Source of the DNA: an uncultured Candidatus Saccharibacteria bacterium
GTDB lineage: Bacteria; Patescibacteriota; Doudnabacteria; UBA920
NCBI GenBank assembly: GCA_964372905.1
Contig: CAYJQY010000007.1
Location: 5,229 to 55,667 of the forward strand
Length of the DNA stretch: 50,439 nucleotides
Direction: 5' to 3'
Shown: one piece after another, positions 17,060 through 26,319 of the stretch
How the letters are laid out: each line of letters opens with the position of its first letter
Numbering within the stretch: position 1 is the first letter of the stretch
Program-made: the position numbers and the translations under genes
The notes under the pieces: generated by a model
What the model was told of the DNA's origin: nothing
The model's input: only the letters and a program-made list of their open reading frames with translations
The model's database searches: none

Positions 17060-18034
17060 TTAAAAAATCTCTAAACCATACTTTTTGATATTCTTGTTTA
17101 TGCGTTCTTCAATCGGCGTCTGCAAATCCGTTTCAAACCTTTTGCCCGTAATCTGCTCGTAAATTCTAATGTAGCGGCTGGCCAGCTCCACCACCATATC
17201 CGCTGGAGCTTCGGGCAGAACTTTATCTTTATACGGATCGCAGTGCTCGCGGAACCACAGACGCAGGAATTCTTTATCAAAATTTTCCGGTTCCTGGCCC
17301 GCGGCAATGCGCGCCTCATAACTGTCCGCCTGCCAGTAGCGCGACGAGTCCGGCGTGTGGATTTCATCAATCAAAATAATTTGGCCGGTATCATCAATCC
17401 CGAACTCGTATTTCGTATCCACCAAAATTAAACCGCGCTGCAACGCTATTTCCTGGCCGCGGGCAAACAATTTCATGGCATAAGCTTCAATCTTCTGCCA
17501 AATTTCCGGCTTAACCCAGCCTTGCTCCACAATTTCTTTTGGGGAGATGGGCCGGTCGTGTTCGTCCGATTTGGTTGTTGGCGTCAAAACCAGTTGGGGC
17601 AGTTTCTGATTTTTTTTCATGCCGTCGGGCAGGATGAAATTGCCGAAATCGCGCTGGCCTTTTTGATACAGCGTCCACAGCGCCGTGTCCGTGACGCCGG
17701 TAATAAATCCGCGCACCACCACTTCAATGGGCACCACGGCGCACTTTTTGCCCACCACGACATTGGGATCGGGATTGTCCAGAATATGATTGGGGATGAT
17801 GTCCGCCGTGGCATCAAACCAAAATTTACTGACTTGCGTCAGCACTTGCCCCTTGAACGGAATTTTGGCCAGCTGGCGGTCAAAGGCCGTATAGCGGTCC
17901 GTGGAAATTAAAATGATGCGGCCGGGCTGCGTGTAAACATCGCGCACCTTGCCTTTGCGAAACTCGCCTAAATCAGTAAAGTTTGTTCCCTCCAACACAC
18001 GATGAATATTTTGTTCGATTGTTGCCTTGTCCAT
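17060..18034 (-). CDS. purC: SAICAR synthase (long form)
   Basis: MDKATIEQNIHRVLEG..GKVRDVY, ISTDRYTAFD, LILVDTKYEFG, LIDEIHTPDSSRYW. The track start (18097) overlaps purM. The ATG at 18032-18034, preceded by AGAGGA, is preferred. Confidence 0.88.
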   Translation of the reverse strand: MDKATIEQNIHRVLEGTNFTDLGEFRKGKVRDVYTQPGRIILISTDRYTAFDRQLAKIPFKGQVLTQVSKFWFDATADIIPNHILDNPDPNVVVGKKCAVVPIEVVVRGFITGVTDTALWTLYQKGQRDFGNFILPDGMKKNQKLPQLVLTPTTKSDEHDRPISPKEIVEQGWVKPEIWQKIEAYAMKLFARGQEIALQRGLILVDTKYEFGIDDTGQIILIDEIHTPDSSRYWQADSYEARIAAGQEPENFDKEFLRLWFREHCDPYKDKVLPEAPADMVVELASRYIRIYEQITGKRFETDLQTPIEERINKNIKKYGLEIF

Positions 18035-18056
18035 ATAATCCTCTTCTGCCCCGCTT

Positions 18057-19181
18057 TTATTGCCCGGGCGGGGGCAAAATAATGTTTTCCGGTTCAAAAA
18101 TTACCTGGCGCTTGCCCTCTTCTACTACGCCGAGGTCTTGCAGTTCGTATCCGGCCGCTGTGCCAATCTTCAAAATTTTCTCAACGGCACCGCCTGGCGC
18201 AAAAATATAATAGCCCGCGCCCCAGTTAAATGTTTTGAGGCAGTCCAGCAAGGACACGCCAATGACCTCGCGGAAATACCGGAACAGCGACGGAACTTCC
18301 ATCCAAGAATTAATTCGATAAGTAAGCGGTCGCTTATCAAAAGCGATTTTCCCCACGCCGTCCCCCGTGCCCGGCAACAGCGCGTGGATTTCTATTTTGT
18401 TCTCCAACAAAACCTCAATCAGTTTAACATAAGAACGAGTGGGGATTAAAGCCTCTTCTCCCAAAGTTTTGCCGTTTGGCAGTTTTGTTAAAAAACTATC
18501 TTTCATTTCCAGCGCCTTTTTTATGACTAAAGAAATTCCGTTGGCGTGCAGGCCGCTGGATGAAACGCCGATTATATGGTCCCCGGCTCGTAAATTTTGT
18601 CCGGTAATTAAATTATTTTTCGGGGCGATAATTCCGGTGACACTGCCGCTTAAGGTGGCAATTTCTCTGACCGGGGATTTGGGATTAACAATGTATTTAA
18701 CCGAGGCAGATTCACCCGCCGGCATAGCCATGCCGACTTCTTGGCAAATTTTTAAAAAGCCGGCGGCTAAATCTTTGGCTCTTATTTGGTCGCCATACCA
18801 TTTACTATTAGAAGCTTCCAACTGGTCGGTAAAAACCACCGGCATGGCGCCTTGGGCAATAACATCGTTCACTACAATTAAAACCGTGTCAATGGCAATT
18901 GAATCGTAATAAGATTTTCCGGTATTTTGATACATCCATTCCGCAATCCAGTTCTTGTTGCCTAAGTCTTCCTGGGTTTTGCACCAAATGTGGGGGAATG
19001 CGCCTCTGTATTCAAATACCGCTCCGTGGGCGTGAGTAGCTTCAGTATTGATAAAAACACCCCTTTTATTAGGGAACGAAAGGGTTTTTTTGCCGGCCTC
19101 AACCATGGCCATTTTAAACGGCTCCATTATTGTGTAATCAACTCCGGATTTTGCGTATTCGCTTCTAGGCTTTAACGGCAT
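18057..19181 (-). CDS. purM: AIR synthase (FGAM cyclo-ligase), divergent PurM-family
   Basis: YAKSGVDY start, DSIAIDTVLIVVNDVIAQGAMPV, MPAGESA, GDHIIGVSSSGLHANGISLV. It is the only PurM-like gene in the cluster. Confidence 0.75.
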   Translation of the reverse strand: MPLKPRSEYAKSGVDYTIMEPFKMAMVEAGKKTLSFPNKRGVFINTEATHAHGAVFEYRGAFPHIWCKTQEDLGNKNWIAEWMYQNTGKSYYDSIAIDTVLIVVNDVIAQGAMPVVFTDQLEASNSKWYGDQIRAKDLAAGFLKICQEVGMAMPAGESASVKYIVNPKSPVREIATLSGSVTGIIAPKNNLITGQNLRAGDHIIGVSSSGLHANGISLVIKKALEMKDSFLTKLPNGKTLGEEALIPTRSYVKLIEVLLENKIEIHALLPGTGDGVGKIAFDKRPLTYRINSWMEVPSLFRYFREVIGVSLLDCLKTFNWGAGYYIFAPGGAVEKILKIGTAAGYELQDLGVVEEGKRQVIFEPENIILPPPGQ

Positions 19182-19184
19182 AAT

Positions 19185-19703
19185 CTATTTTTCCAGATAT
19201 TTTTTAAATCCTTCCGCCTCCAGCTTTTCCGCTTTCGCCGCCACACCCTGAGCCAATATCTTTTTATATTCAGCCAGCTTTTCCCGGAGTTCTTGATCGT
19301 GCACTGCGAGAATCTCCACGGCCAGCAGTCCGGCATTTTTGGCGCCGTTAATTCCTACCGTTGCCACCGGAATGCCAGGCGGCATCTGCACCGTGGCCAG
19401 CAAAGCGTCCAGGCCTTTGAGCGCGCCCGAACCGACCGGCACGCCGATTACCGGCAAGGTTGTGCCCGTGGCCATGACGCCGGCCAAATGCGCCGCCCCG
19501 CCGGCGCCGGCGATAATAACTTTCAAGCCGCGGCCTGCCGCGGTTTTCACATATTCCGCCGCCCGGTCCGGCGAACGATGCGCCGAAACCACCGTAATTT
19601 CAAACGGCACGCCAAACTCCTCACAGACTTTGGCCGCTTCCTGCATCACGGACAAATCCGAATCCGAACCCATAATAATTCCCACAATCGGCTGGTCGCT
19701 CAT
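19185..19703 (-). CDS. purE: PurE, class I-like (N5-CAIR mutase signature)
   Basis: VGIIMGSDSDLSVM, VVSAHRSPD, IAGAGGAAHLAGVMA (class I-type GGAAHL loop). Confidence 0.88.
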   Translation of the reverse strand: MSDQPIVGIIMGSDSDLSVMQEAAKVCEEFGVPFEITVVSAHRSPDRAAEYVKTAAGRGLKVIIAGAGGAAHLAGVMATGTTLPVIGVPVGSGALKGLDALLATVQMPPGIPVATVGINGAKNAGLLAVEILAVHDQELREKLAEYKKILAQGVAAKAEKLEAEGFKKYLEK

Positions 19704-19704
19704 G

Positions 19705-20379
19705 TTAAAATAGTTTTAATAATAATTCCGCGCTGACTTCGTCCAAATTGGCCACAACTTTATCGGCCAATGAAAAATCCTGATCCTGGGTGTACCGATT
19801 CGGCACGGCCACGGCTTTCATTCCCGCTTCCTTTGCTCCTTTGATATCCTTTTCCGCATCACCCAGCATAATACTCTGAGCCGGCCCATATTTCAAGAGA
19901 TCGGCCAAAAGCTTGAGCCGGGACGATTTATTTTTCCTCGACCCATAGCGGGCTTCATCTAGCGGCGTGTCCTTGGAAACCGTAGCCGCAAAAAATTCGG
20001 CCAGCTTGAAGTGGCGCATCATCAATTCCAAATTCCGCTGATCGCCCGAAGACTCCGCGCCCATGGTAAAACCGGCGGCGGCAAGGCGCTCCAGTAATTC
20101 CCGCGAACCAGGCATAAGCCGGGCCAGATCAGCCACACTGGCCTGGAAAATGCGCTGTTTTTCTTCCAGCATCTCCTCGGCCTGGGGCAACAAATCGTTG
20201 CGCCCGATTTGCTCCAAATATTCCGGTAGCTTGCGGCCATGCCGCGACCAATGGGCCGTGAAATCTTCAACAGTGAAAGGAATTCTGTGTTCAGCCAAAA
20301 CCTTGGCATAAGCCTGGGCGTGGGCGATTTCCGTATCCACCAGCGTGCCATTCCAATCAAAAGCCACGAGTTTAATCAT
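19705..20379 (-). CDS. HAD-superfamily hydrolase (subfamily IA-like)
   Basis: Motif I VAFDWNGTLVDT, motif IV MLGDAEKDIKGAKEAG. Confidence 0.75.
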   Translation of the reverse strand: MIKLVAFDWNGTLVDTEIAHAQAYAKVLAEHRIPFTVEDFTAHWSRHGRKLPEYLEQIGRNDLLPQAEEMLEEKQRIFQASVADLARLMPGSRELLERLAAAGFTMGAESSGDQRNLELMMRHFKLAEFFAATVSKDTPLDEARYGSRKNKSSRLKLLADLLKYGPAQSIMLGDAEKDIKGAKEAGMKAVAVPNRYTQDQDFSLADKVVANLDEVSAELLLKLF

Positions 20380-21011
20380 TTTTTTTGCAATTCTTTATCT
20401 ATCTCGACTCCCCATGCTTGCAACTGTTCAACCAGCGCCGCCACATCATTCTTCTCGGTATCAAAATAATAAGTTTTCATGCCCAAGCTTTTTGGTACTT
20501 CAAGCAGGAGCTGCTTGTTGTCGATGAAAATGCATTCGGCAGCAGGAATCCTGGCAATTTCCAGGGCTTTGTGGAACGGGATAGGACTCCTTTTGTCGGC
20601 TCCGATGTCGGCCGAAAGAATAATGGCAGAAAAAATGGAAGATAACTGCCAATGTTTTTCTAATAGAGAAAAACGGCGCTTGCTGTTATCGGTAATTATC
20701 CCTAAAAAATATTTATTCTTTAAACTTTCCGCGAGCCGCAGGATCGCTTCATTCTTTGGCGTATCCAAAAATGCTTGTTCCAATTGAGCCAGACTGATTG
20801 AAACGCCAACGCAAGCGGTAAATTCGTCCCAGATGTCGGCTTGGTCAAGCTTTCCCGTATACAAATCTGTACGATAAGGATTTATACATTCCATAAACCG
20901 CTGTTGTGATAACGCAGGTATTATACGGTGAAGACTTTGGGCTATAGCCAATCTTCCAGAATTCACCGGCGTAAGCACCCCATCGAAATCAAAAAATATT
21001 GCTTTTATCAT
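20376..21011 (-). CDS. HAD-superfamily hydrolase (subfamily IA-like)
   Basis: Motif I IFFDFDGVLTP, ITDNSK, IFIDNK. Has 4-nt overlaps with both neighbouring genes. Confidence 0.75.
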   Translation of the reverse strand: MIKAIFFDFDGVLTPVNSGRLAIAQSLHRIIPALSQQRFMECINPYRTDLYTGKLDQADIWDEFTACVGVSISLAQLEQAFLDTPKNEAILRLAESLKNKYFLGIITDNSKRRFSLLEKHWQLSSIFSAIILSADIGADKRSPIPFHKALEIARIPAAECIFIDNKQLLLEVPKSLGMKTYYFDTEKNDVAALVEQLQAWGVEIDKELQKK

Positions 21012-22297
21012 GCTGGTATTTGGGTTGCTAATGCCTTCGCGCCAATATCGGTGCGATACCTCATGTGCTGAAACTTTATTCGCTCAACCGCCGCGTAAGC
21101 GCGGTCCAGAGCCAGCTGCAGGGACTCGCCGACCGCAGTCACGCCCAACACCCGGCCCCCGGCCGTGGAATATTGTCCGTTTTTAAAAACCGTACCCGCA
21201 TGGAACACCACCACGCCTGGCATCTTTTCCGCTTCGGCAATTCCACTAATCGGAAAATCTTTGTCATAAGCTCCGGGGTACCCGCCGGAAGCCAGCACCA
21301 CACAAGAAGCAAAGCCCGAATGCCATTCAATCGTCAGCTCATTGAGTTTGCCGTCAATGCAGGCGTCAATAATATCGAGTAAATCAGTTTTGAGCAGGCG
21401 CACGTAACTTTGCGTTTCCGGATCGCCGAACCGTGCATTGCACTCCAGCACTTTTGGCCCTTCGGCAGTGATCATCAATCCTGGAAAGAGACAACCGACA
21501 AAAGGAGCCCCCTGGGCCGCCAAAGCACTCACCAAAGGTTTCACGATGTCAAAATCTATCGTGTTTAAGAGCTTTTCGTCCACCCATGGTACCGGAACAA
21601 CGCTGCCCATACCGCCCGTGTTCGGCCCGTTGTCGCCGTCAAAGGCGTGTTTGTGATCCTGGGCTGGCGGCAACAGCAACGAGCTAGCGCCGTCAGAAAA
21701 AGCGTGAATGGAAATTTCCTGGCCTTGCAAAAATTCCTCAATGATGACTTTGTCGCCTGCGTCGCCAAAAATGCGCTTGATCATTATTTGCTCCAGCGCT
21801 TGCTCGGCTTCCTCGCCGCTGTGGCAAATGAACACGCCTTTGCCCAAGGCAAGCCCGTCGGCTTTAATGACAATCGGCCGTGGTCGGGTCTTCACGTATT
21901 CGCGGGCCGCAGTGTAATCGGAAAAAGTTTCGGACCGCGCCGTGGGAATATGATTTTCGACCAACAACTGTTTGGTGAAGCTTTTTGACGCTTCAATTTG
22001 CGCCGCGGCCTTGCTGGGTCCCCAAATGCGCAGCCCCGCGGCCCGGAAAGCGTCGACAACGCCGAGAGAAAGCGGTTCATCGGGCCCAACTACAATGAGG
22101 TCAATGGAATGACGCTCGGCGAAATGAATTAACGCCTTAAAATCAGTTGGAGTGATGGCCGCGTTTTTCGCTAATTTTTCCGTGCCGCCGTTGCCCGGCA
22201 CCGCAAAAATCTTTTTCACGCGCGGCGACTGCGCCAGTTTCCACGTCAGCGCATGCTCCCGTCCTCCGCTGCCAATGACCAAAACTTTTTGTGACAT
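21008..22297 (-). CDS. purD: Phosphoribosylamine-glycine ligase (GAR synthetase)
   Basis: KVLVIGSGGREHAL, ATP-grasp core IVIKADGLALGKGV, LECNARFGDPETQ. Confidence 0.92.
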   Translation of the reverse strand: MSQKVLVIGSGGREHALTWKLAQSPRVKKIFAVPGNGGTEKLAKNAAITPTDFKALIHFAERHSIDLIVVGPDEPLSLGVVDAFRAAGLRIWGPSKAAAQIEASKSFTKQLLVENHIPTARSETFSDYTAAREYVKTRPRPIVIKADGLALGKGVFICHSGEEAEQALEQIMIKRIFGDAGDKVIIEEFLQGQEISIHAFSDGASSLLLPPAQDHKHAFDGDNGPNTGGMGSVVPVPWVDEKLLNTIDFDIVKPLVSALAAQGAPFVGCLFPGLMITAEGPKVLECNARFGDPETQSYVRLLKTDLLDIIDACIDGKLNELTIEWHSGFASCVVLASGGYPGAYDKDFPISGIAEAEKMPGVVVFHAGTVFKNGQYSTAGGRVLGVTAVGESLQLALDRAYAAVERIKFQHMRYRTDIGAKALATQIPA

Positions 22298-22315
22298 AAA
22301 ATCTATTTTTCCAAT

Positions 22316-23035
22316 TTATCCTTGCGGATACAAACGTTTGGCTTCGGCTTTTACTCGTTCTAAAATTATTTCTTCACCGGGTTTAACCAAACGCTCTGGC
22401 CGGAGCCATTCCTTAACTGAATTATTAGCAAAATCCTGCAATGTCTGGATTTGAACTTCGTGCTCAACGGGCAGGACGCGCGCGGCCAAACTTTCCACGC
22501 TGTCTTCAGGCAAAATTTCTACTTGTTGACGCCGCAAGATTGCACCTTGGTCGAAATTCACGGCCACCCGCTGGGCCATGGCTTCGGTCCAGAAATCCCG
22601 GCCGGTCTTTTGTACGAACAGCAAGCGCGCGCAATGAACGCGGCGGCCAAACATGCCTGCCCCGCCGAAGTCAGGATGGCCCGGGTCTAACGGCCCGGGG
22701 TGCTGGTTTACCATCATCTTGCCATAAGCTTCAACCACATTGGCAGGCGTAAGACACATCCACCCATACTGGCCAATCAAATCCACGCCGCGGTCGCGGC
22801 AGGCGGATAAAATAGCCTCGCCAAACGCTTCTGTCGAGGAAAACTTAAGCGGATCTATAACCAGTATATCACGCTCGGCCAGGCCTAAACCGCGGGCCTT
22901 TTCAATACCGCCACCGTCTTTTGAGCTGGCAATTACGCAAGCTGGCTCCACGTCCTCAAGCCGCCCGCTACGACAGGCGGAAATGATGGCCGCGGCCGTA
23001 GTTCCCCCTCCGGAAATGAGCAAAGCAATTTTCAT
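22316..23035 (-). CDS. purN: Phosphoribosylglycinamide formyltransferase with C-terminal extension
   Basis: MKIALLISGGGTTAAAII, MVNQHPGPL (catalytic His region). About 40 aa longer than typical PurN. 4-nt overlap with purF. Confidence 0.8.
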   Translation of the reverse strand: MKIALLISGGGTTAAAIISACRSGRLEDVEPACVIASSKDGGGIEKARGLGLAERDILVIDPLKFSSTEAFGEAILSACRDRGVDLIGQYGWMCLTPANVVEAYGKMMVNQHPGPLDPGHPDFGGAGMFGRRVHCARLLFVQKTGRDFWTEAMAQRVAVNFDQGAILRRQQVEILPEDSVESLAARVLPVEHEVQIQTLQDFANNSVKEWLRPERLVKPGEEIILERVKAEAKRLYPQG

Positions 23036-24432
23036 CTAGTTTGCGCCGCGGCCACATCCTTAACCCGCTCGCGAATATCAATCGGATATATGCCGGTAAA
23101 ACACGAGGTGCTAAAAACTGATTCGGGCAAGCCGGTTGAGGCAACCAGACCCTCGTAAGACAAATAATACAGCGAGGTGGCCCCAAGATACTTCTCAATC
23201 TCCGGTACCGATTTATTAAAAGCGATCAGTTCCGTCTGTTTGGGTGTATCGATGCCATAAAAATCAGGATACCGCACCGGCGGCGAACTGACCCGGAAAT
23301 GCACTTCTTTAGCCCCGGCCTCAAAAAGCGCTTTCACCAAACCCCGCGACGTCGTACCCCGCACAATCGAATCATCAATTAAAATCACCCGCTTGCCGGC
23401 CAAAACTTCCGGCAGGGGCGTGAGCTTCATCTTCACTCCTGAATCGCGCAAATGCTGTTCGGGCTGAATGAAAGTCCGATGAATGTAGCGATTCTTGACT
23501 AGCGCCATCTCAAAAGGAATGCCGGATGCCTGCGCGTAAGCTACCGCCACGGGAATTGCGGTTTCGGGAACTGGCACTACAATATCGGCCTCCACCGGCT
23601 GCTCCTGCGCCAGACGCCGGCCAAAATTTTGTCTTACCTTATTAACCGATTTGCCCAAAATGTTGCTGTCGGGGCGGGCGAAATACACGAACTCAAAAAT
23701 GTCGAACTTGGGATTGGCCGGCGCCACTTGCTGGGAACGCAAACCATGTTCATCTATAACCACCATCTCGCCCGGATTGACCTCGCGGATGAATTCCGCG
23801 CCCATTGTGTTGAAAGCGCAAGTTTCCGAAGAAACCAGATAGCCGTTGTTAAGCTTGGCTAAAGACAGGGGCCGGATCCCGCACTGGTCGCGCACCGCCA
23901 CTAAAGAGCTGCGGTCCATAACCAGGACAGAAAATGCTCCGGTGAACAAAGGAAACGCCTGACACACTGCCTCCTCCAAAGAATGGCTCTCTAAATAATA
24001 GTACTGAATGGCTTTGGCCATGAGCGTGGAATCCGAACAGCCAGTGGTGTCAACACGCTTTTCCTCCAAGAATTTTTCCAGGGCTTCGGTGCTGGGCAAG
24101 TTACCATTATGAGCTAAGGCGAACAAATTATCGCCCATAATAATCGGCTGGGCATGATCAACAGTCGAAGTTTTAGAAGTCGAATAACGATTATGTCCAA
24201 TGGCCATATGGCCGGAAAGCGACTCAATCACCTCTTCGTTGAACACGTGGCTGACCAAACCCATGTCGCTGTGATGAGCAATGCGCTGGCCGTCGCTGGC
24301 CGCGATGCCGGAACTTTCCTGGCCGCGATGCTGAAGGGCGAACAAACCAAAAAACGTGAGCCGGCTTACATCCAAATCCTTTCCGTAAGCGCCAAATATC
24401 CCGCATTTTTCACTAAGATTTCTCATGAACAA
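23032..24432 (-). CDS. purF: Amidophosphoribosyltransferase
   Basis: Ntn Cys in SEKCGIFGAYG, GHNRYST, PRTase loop VILIDDSIVRGTT. Confidence 0.92.
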   Translation of the reverse strand: MFMRNLSEKCGIFGAYGKDLDVSRLTFFGLFALQHRGQESSGIAASDGQRIAHHSDMGLVSHVFNEEVIESLSGHMAIGHNRYSTSKTSTVDHAQPIIMGDNLFALAHNGNLPSTEALEKFLEEKRVDTTGCSDSTLMAKAIQYYYLESHSLEEAVCQAFPLFTGAFSVLVMDRSSLVAVRDQCGIRPLSLAKLNNGYLVSSETCAFNTMGAEFIREVNPGEMVVIDEHGLRSQQVAPANPKFDIFEFVYFARPDSNILGKSVNKVRQNFGRRLAQEQPVEADIVVPVPETAIPVAVAYAQASGIPFEMALVKNRYIHRTFIQPEQHLRDSGVKMKLTPLPEVLAGKRVILIDDSIVRGTTSRGLVKALFEAGAKEVHFRVSSPPVRYPDFYGIDTPKQTELIAFNKSVPEIEKYLGATSLYYLSYEGLVASTGLPESVFSTSCFTGIYPIDIRERVKDVAAAQTR

Positions 24433-24517
24433 AGAACTTTTTTTGACAAAAGAATTATTTTATGGAAAATTGAACTTCTATTTTAAACTTCTTGAGCAGC
24501 ATAAAGAAAAACAAGGG

Positions 24518-26302
24518 CTAGTGCCAAAAGGCTCGCCGGTGCGTTAACACCATAGCCATTCCCGCCGCGTCAGCCGCCGCAATGGAGGCTTTGTCATTGA
24601 TTGAATCGCCCTGCTGGACAATGGCGGCAATGCCCGCCGCGGCCGCGAGTTTTACTGAATCATCAAACGGAAAAAAGCTGTCGCTGGCCAAAATCGCGCC
24701 TTTGGCCTTTTCCCCGGCCTGCTCTAAAGCGATTTTCACCGAGCGCACGCGCGAGGTTTGCCCCGTGCCAATGCCCCACGTCATGGGCAAATCTTTATCT
24801 ACTATTATTATAGCATTGGAGCTGGTTCTTGTAATGAATTTCCAGGCCAATTGCATTTGCTTGAGTTGATGCGGCGTCGGCTTAACCTGGGTGACAACTT
24901 CCCACTTGTCAAACCCATTTTCAATATCATCGTCCGCTTCCTGCAGGACGAAGCCGCCATCAATCCATTTTAAATTAACGCGCCCCTCTGTGACCCCAGT
25001 TTTTTCGCTCTTATCAGGGGGGGAATTAACTTGAGATTGAATGGATTGAATCGATTGAATGGGGCCGAAACTGTACAAACCCATGGTCTTGCGCACGGCG
25101 GTGAGGGCGGCCGCGGCTGCAGCAGAAATTTCCGGCGCGGCGACTATGTCTATATTGCCGCGCCGTTCATCTTTAAATTGGGAAATGATTTTCGCCGCGG
25201 CCGCATCCATGTCCTTATTTAATACTATGCCGCCGCCGAACGCCGATTCAGGGTCCGCTTCAATGGCGCGGGCCAGGGCTTCGGCGGCCGTGGAGCCGAG
25301 CGCAATGCCGCAGGGATTATTATGTTTGATAACAACGGCGGCCGGTTCGCTGAACAGGCGCACCACTTCCAGGCCGGCATTGATATAGGTGAGGTTCATA
25401 AGCGAGAGTTCCCGGCCGGCGACTTTTCGGAGATGTTGCAGCGGCGTGTCCCGGCCCGGCGTAAAATACACCGCGCCTTTCTGATGCGGGTTTTCCCCGT
25501 AGCGCAAATCATAGGCCTTGCGGCCGGGCAAAGTGATTTCAGCGGGGAATAATTTTTCTCCGCCTCCTCTACCGGCTCCATTGCCCGCTCCGTCCTCTTT
25601 ATCCGGCCCAATCGCCCCAAGATGACGGAAATAATCCGCGACCTGCGCATCGTAAAAAGATAAATGCGCGAAAGCCTTGGCGGCCAGACGGCGCCGCTCA
25701 TCCAAACTCACGCCATGGCTCATACTGCCCGCCTGCAACATCTTCCCGACTGCTTGGTAATCGGCCGGATCAACAATTACCAAAACATTTTTAAAGTTTT
25801 TCGCCGCGGCGCGCACCATGGTCGGCCCGCCCACATCAATATTTTCAATAGCCTGGGCTTCGCTGGCGCTAGTCTGTCTTTCGGCGGCGGCGGAACGACT
25901 CCCGGCCGCGTTCGCCGGTGCTTCTATGCCGCCAAAGGCCGGCCCTCCCGCACCGGCCCGCGCCGCAGTCTGCTCAAACGGATACAAATTGCACACCACT
26001 ATATCAATCGGCTTGATGTTCAATTCCTGCGCCTGCCGCACATGCTCGCTATTTTCGCGGTCAAACAAAATCCCCGACTCAATCTGAAAACTAATGGTCT
26101 TCATGCGGCCGCCAAAACTTTCCGGGTTGCCGGTTATGTCCTGAATCGGCACCACGGCCACGCTGGCCTCGGCCAGCGTCTTGGCCGTGCCGCCAGTGGA
26201 AATTATTTCATAACCAAGTCCGACCAAGGTTTTGGCCAACTCAACAATGCCGGTTTTGTCGGAGACGCTTAATAGCGCGTATTTTTTTTCAATACTATTC
26301 AC
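24518..26302 (-). CDS. purH: Bifunctional AICAR transformylase / IMP cyclohydrolase with three inserts
   Basis: ALLSVSDKTGIVELA, ISTGGTAK, VVCNLYPFE, IENIDVGGPTMVRAAAKN, YGENPHQ, VIKHNNPCG, GIGTGQTSRV, QQGDSINDK. Confidence 0.92.
   Translation of the reverse strand: MNSIEKKYALLSVSDKTGIVELAKTLVGLGYEIISTGGTAKTLAEASVAVVPIQDITGNPESFGGRMKTISFQIESGILFDRENSEHVRQAQELNIKPIDIVVCNLYPFEQTAARAGAGGPAFGGIEAPANAAGSRSAAAERQTSASEAQAIENIDVGGPTMVRAAAKNFKNVLVIVDPADYQAVGKMLQAGSMSHGVSLDERRRLAAKAFAHLSFYDAQVADYFRHLGAIGPDKEDGAGNGAGRGGGEKLFPAEITLPGRKAYDLRYGENPHQKGAVYFTPGRDTPLQHLRKVAGRELSLMNLTYINAGLEVVRLFSEPAAVVIKHNNPCGIALGSTAAEALARAIEADPESAFGGGIVLNKDMDAAAAKIISQFKDERRGNIDIVAAPEISAAAAAALTAVRKTMGLYSFGPIQSIQSIQSQVNSPPDKSEKTGVTEGRVNLKWIDGGFVLQEADDDIENGFDKWEVVTQVKPTPHQLKQMQLAWKFITRTSSNAIIIVDKDLPMTWGIGTGQTSRVRSVKIALEQAGEKAKGAILASDSFFPFDDSVKLAAAAGIAAIVQQGDSINDKASIAAADAAGMAMVLTHRRAFWH
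25035..25061. repeat. 3 x 9-bp tandem repeat inside purH (encodes IQSIQSIQS on the minus strand)
   Basis: GATTGAATG GATTGAATC GATTGAATG read directly. Confidence 0.9.
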
Positions 26303-26319
26303 TGTCTGGTAATTTTTCT

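Noticed and set aside
17060-18097. Longest-ORF starts for purC (18097), holA (40691), the response regulator (4034, TTG) and the small membrane protein (45775).
   Set aside because: These extensions overlap the upstream gene, an inverted repeat or the tRNA, and add non-homologous N-termini. The internal ATGs (18034, 40652, 4052, 45937) give canonical family N-termini.
25035-25061. Short tandem repeats (9-bp x3 in purH, 33-nt x2 in thpR, (CT)8) as a possible CRISPR array or degenerate CRISPR.
   Set aside because: There is no repeat-spacer periodicity of 25-40 nt repeats with unique spacers anywhere in the window, and no cas genes.
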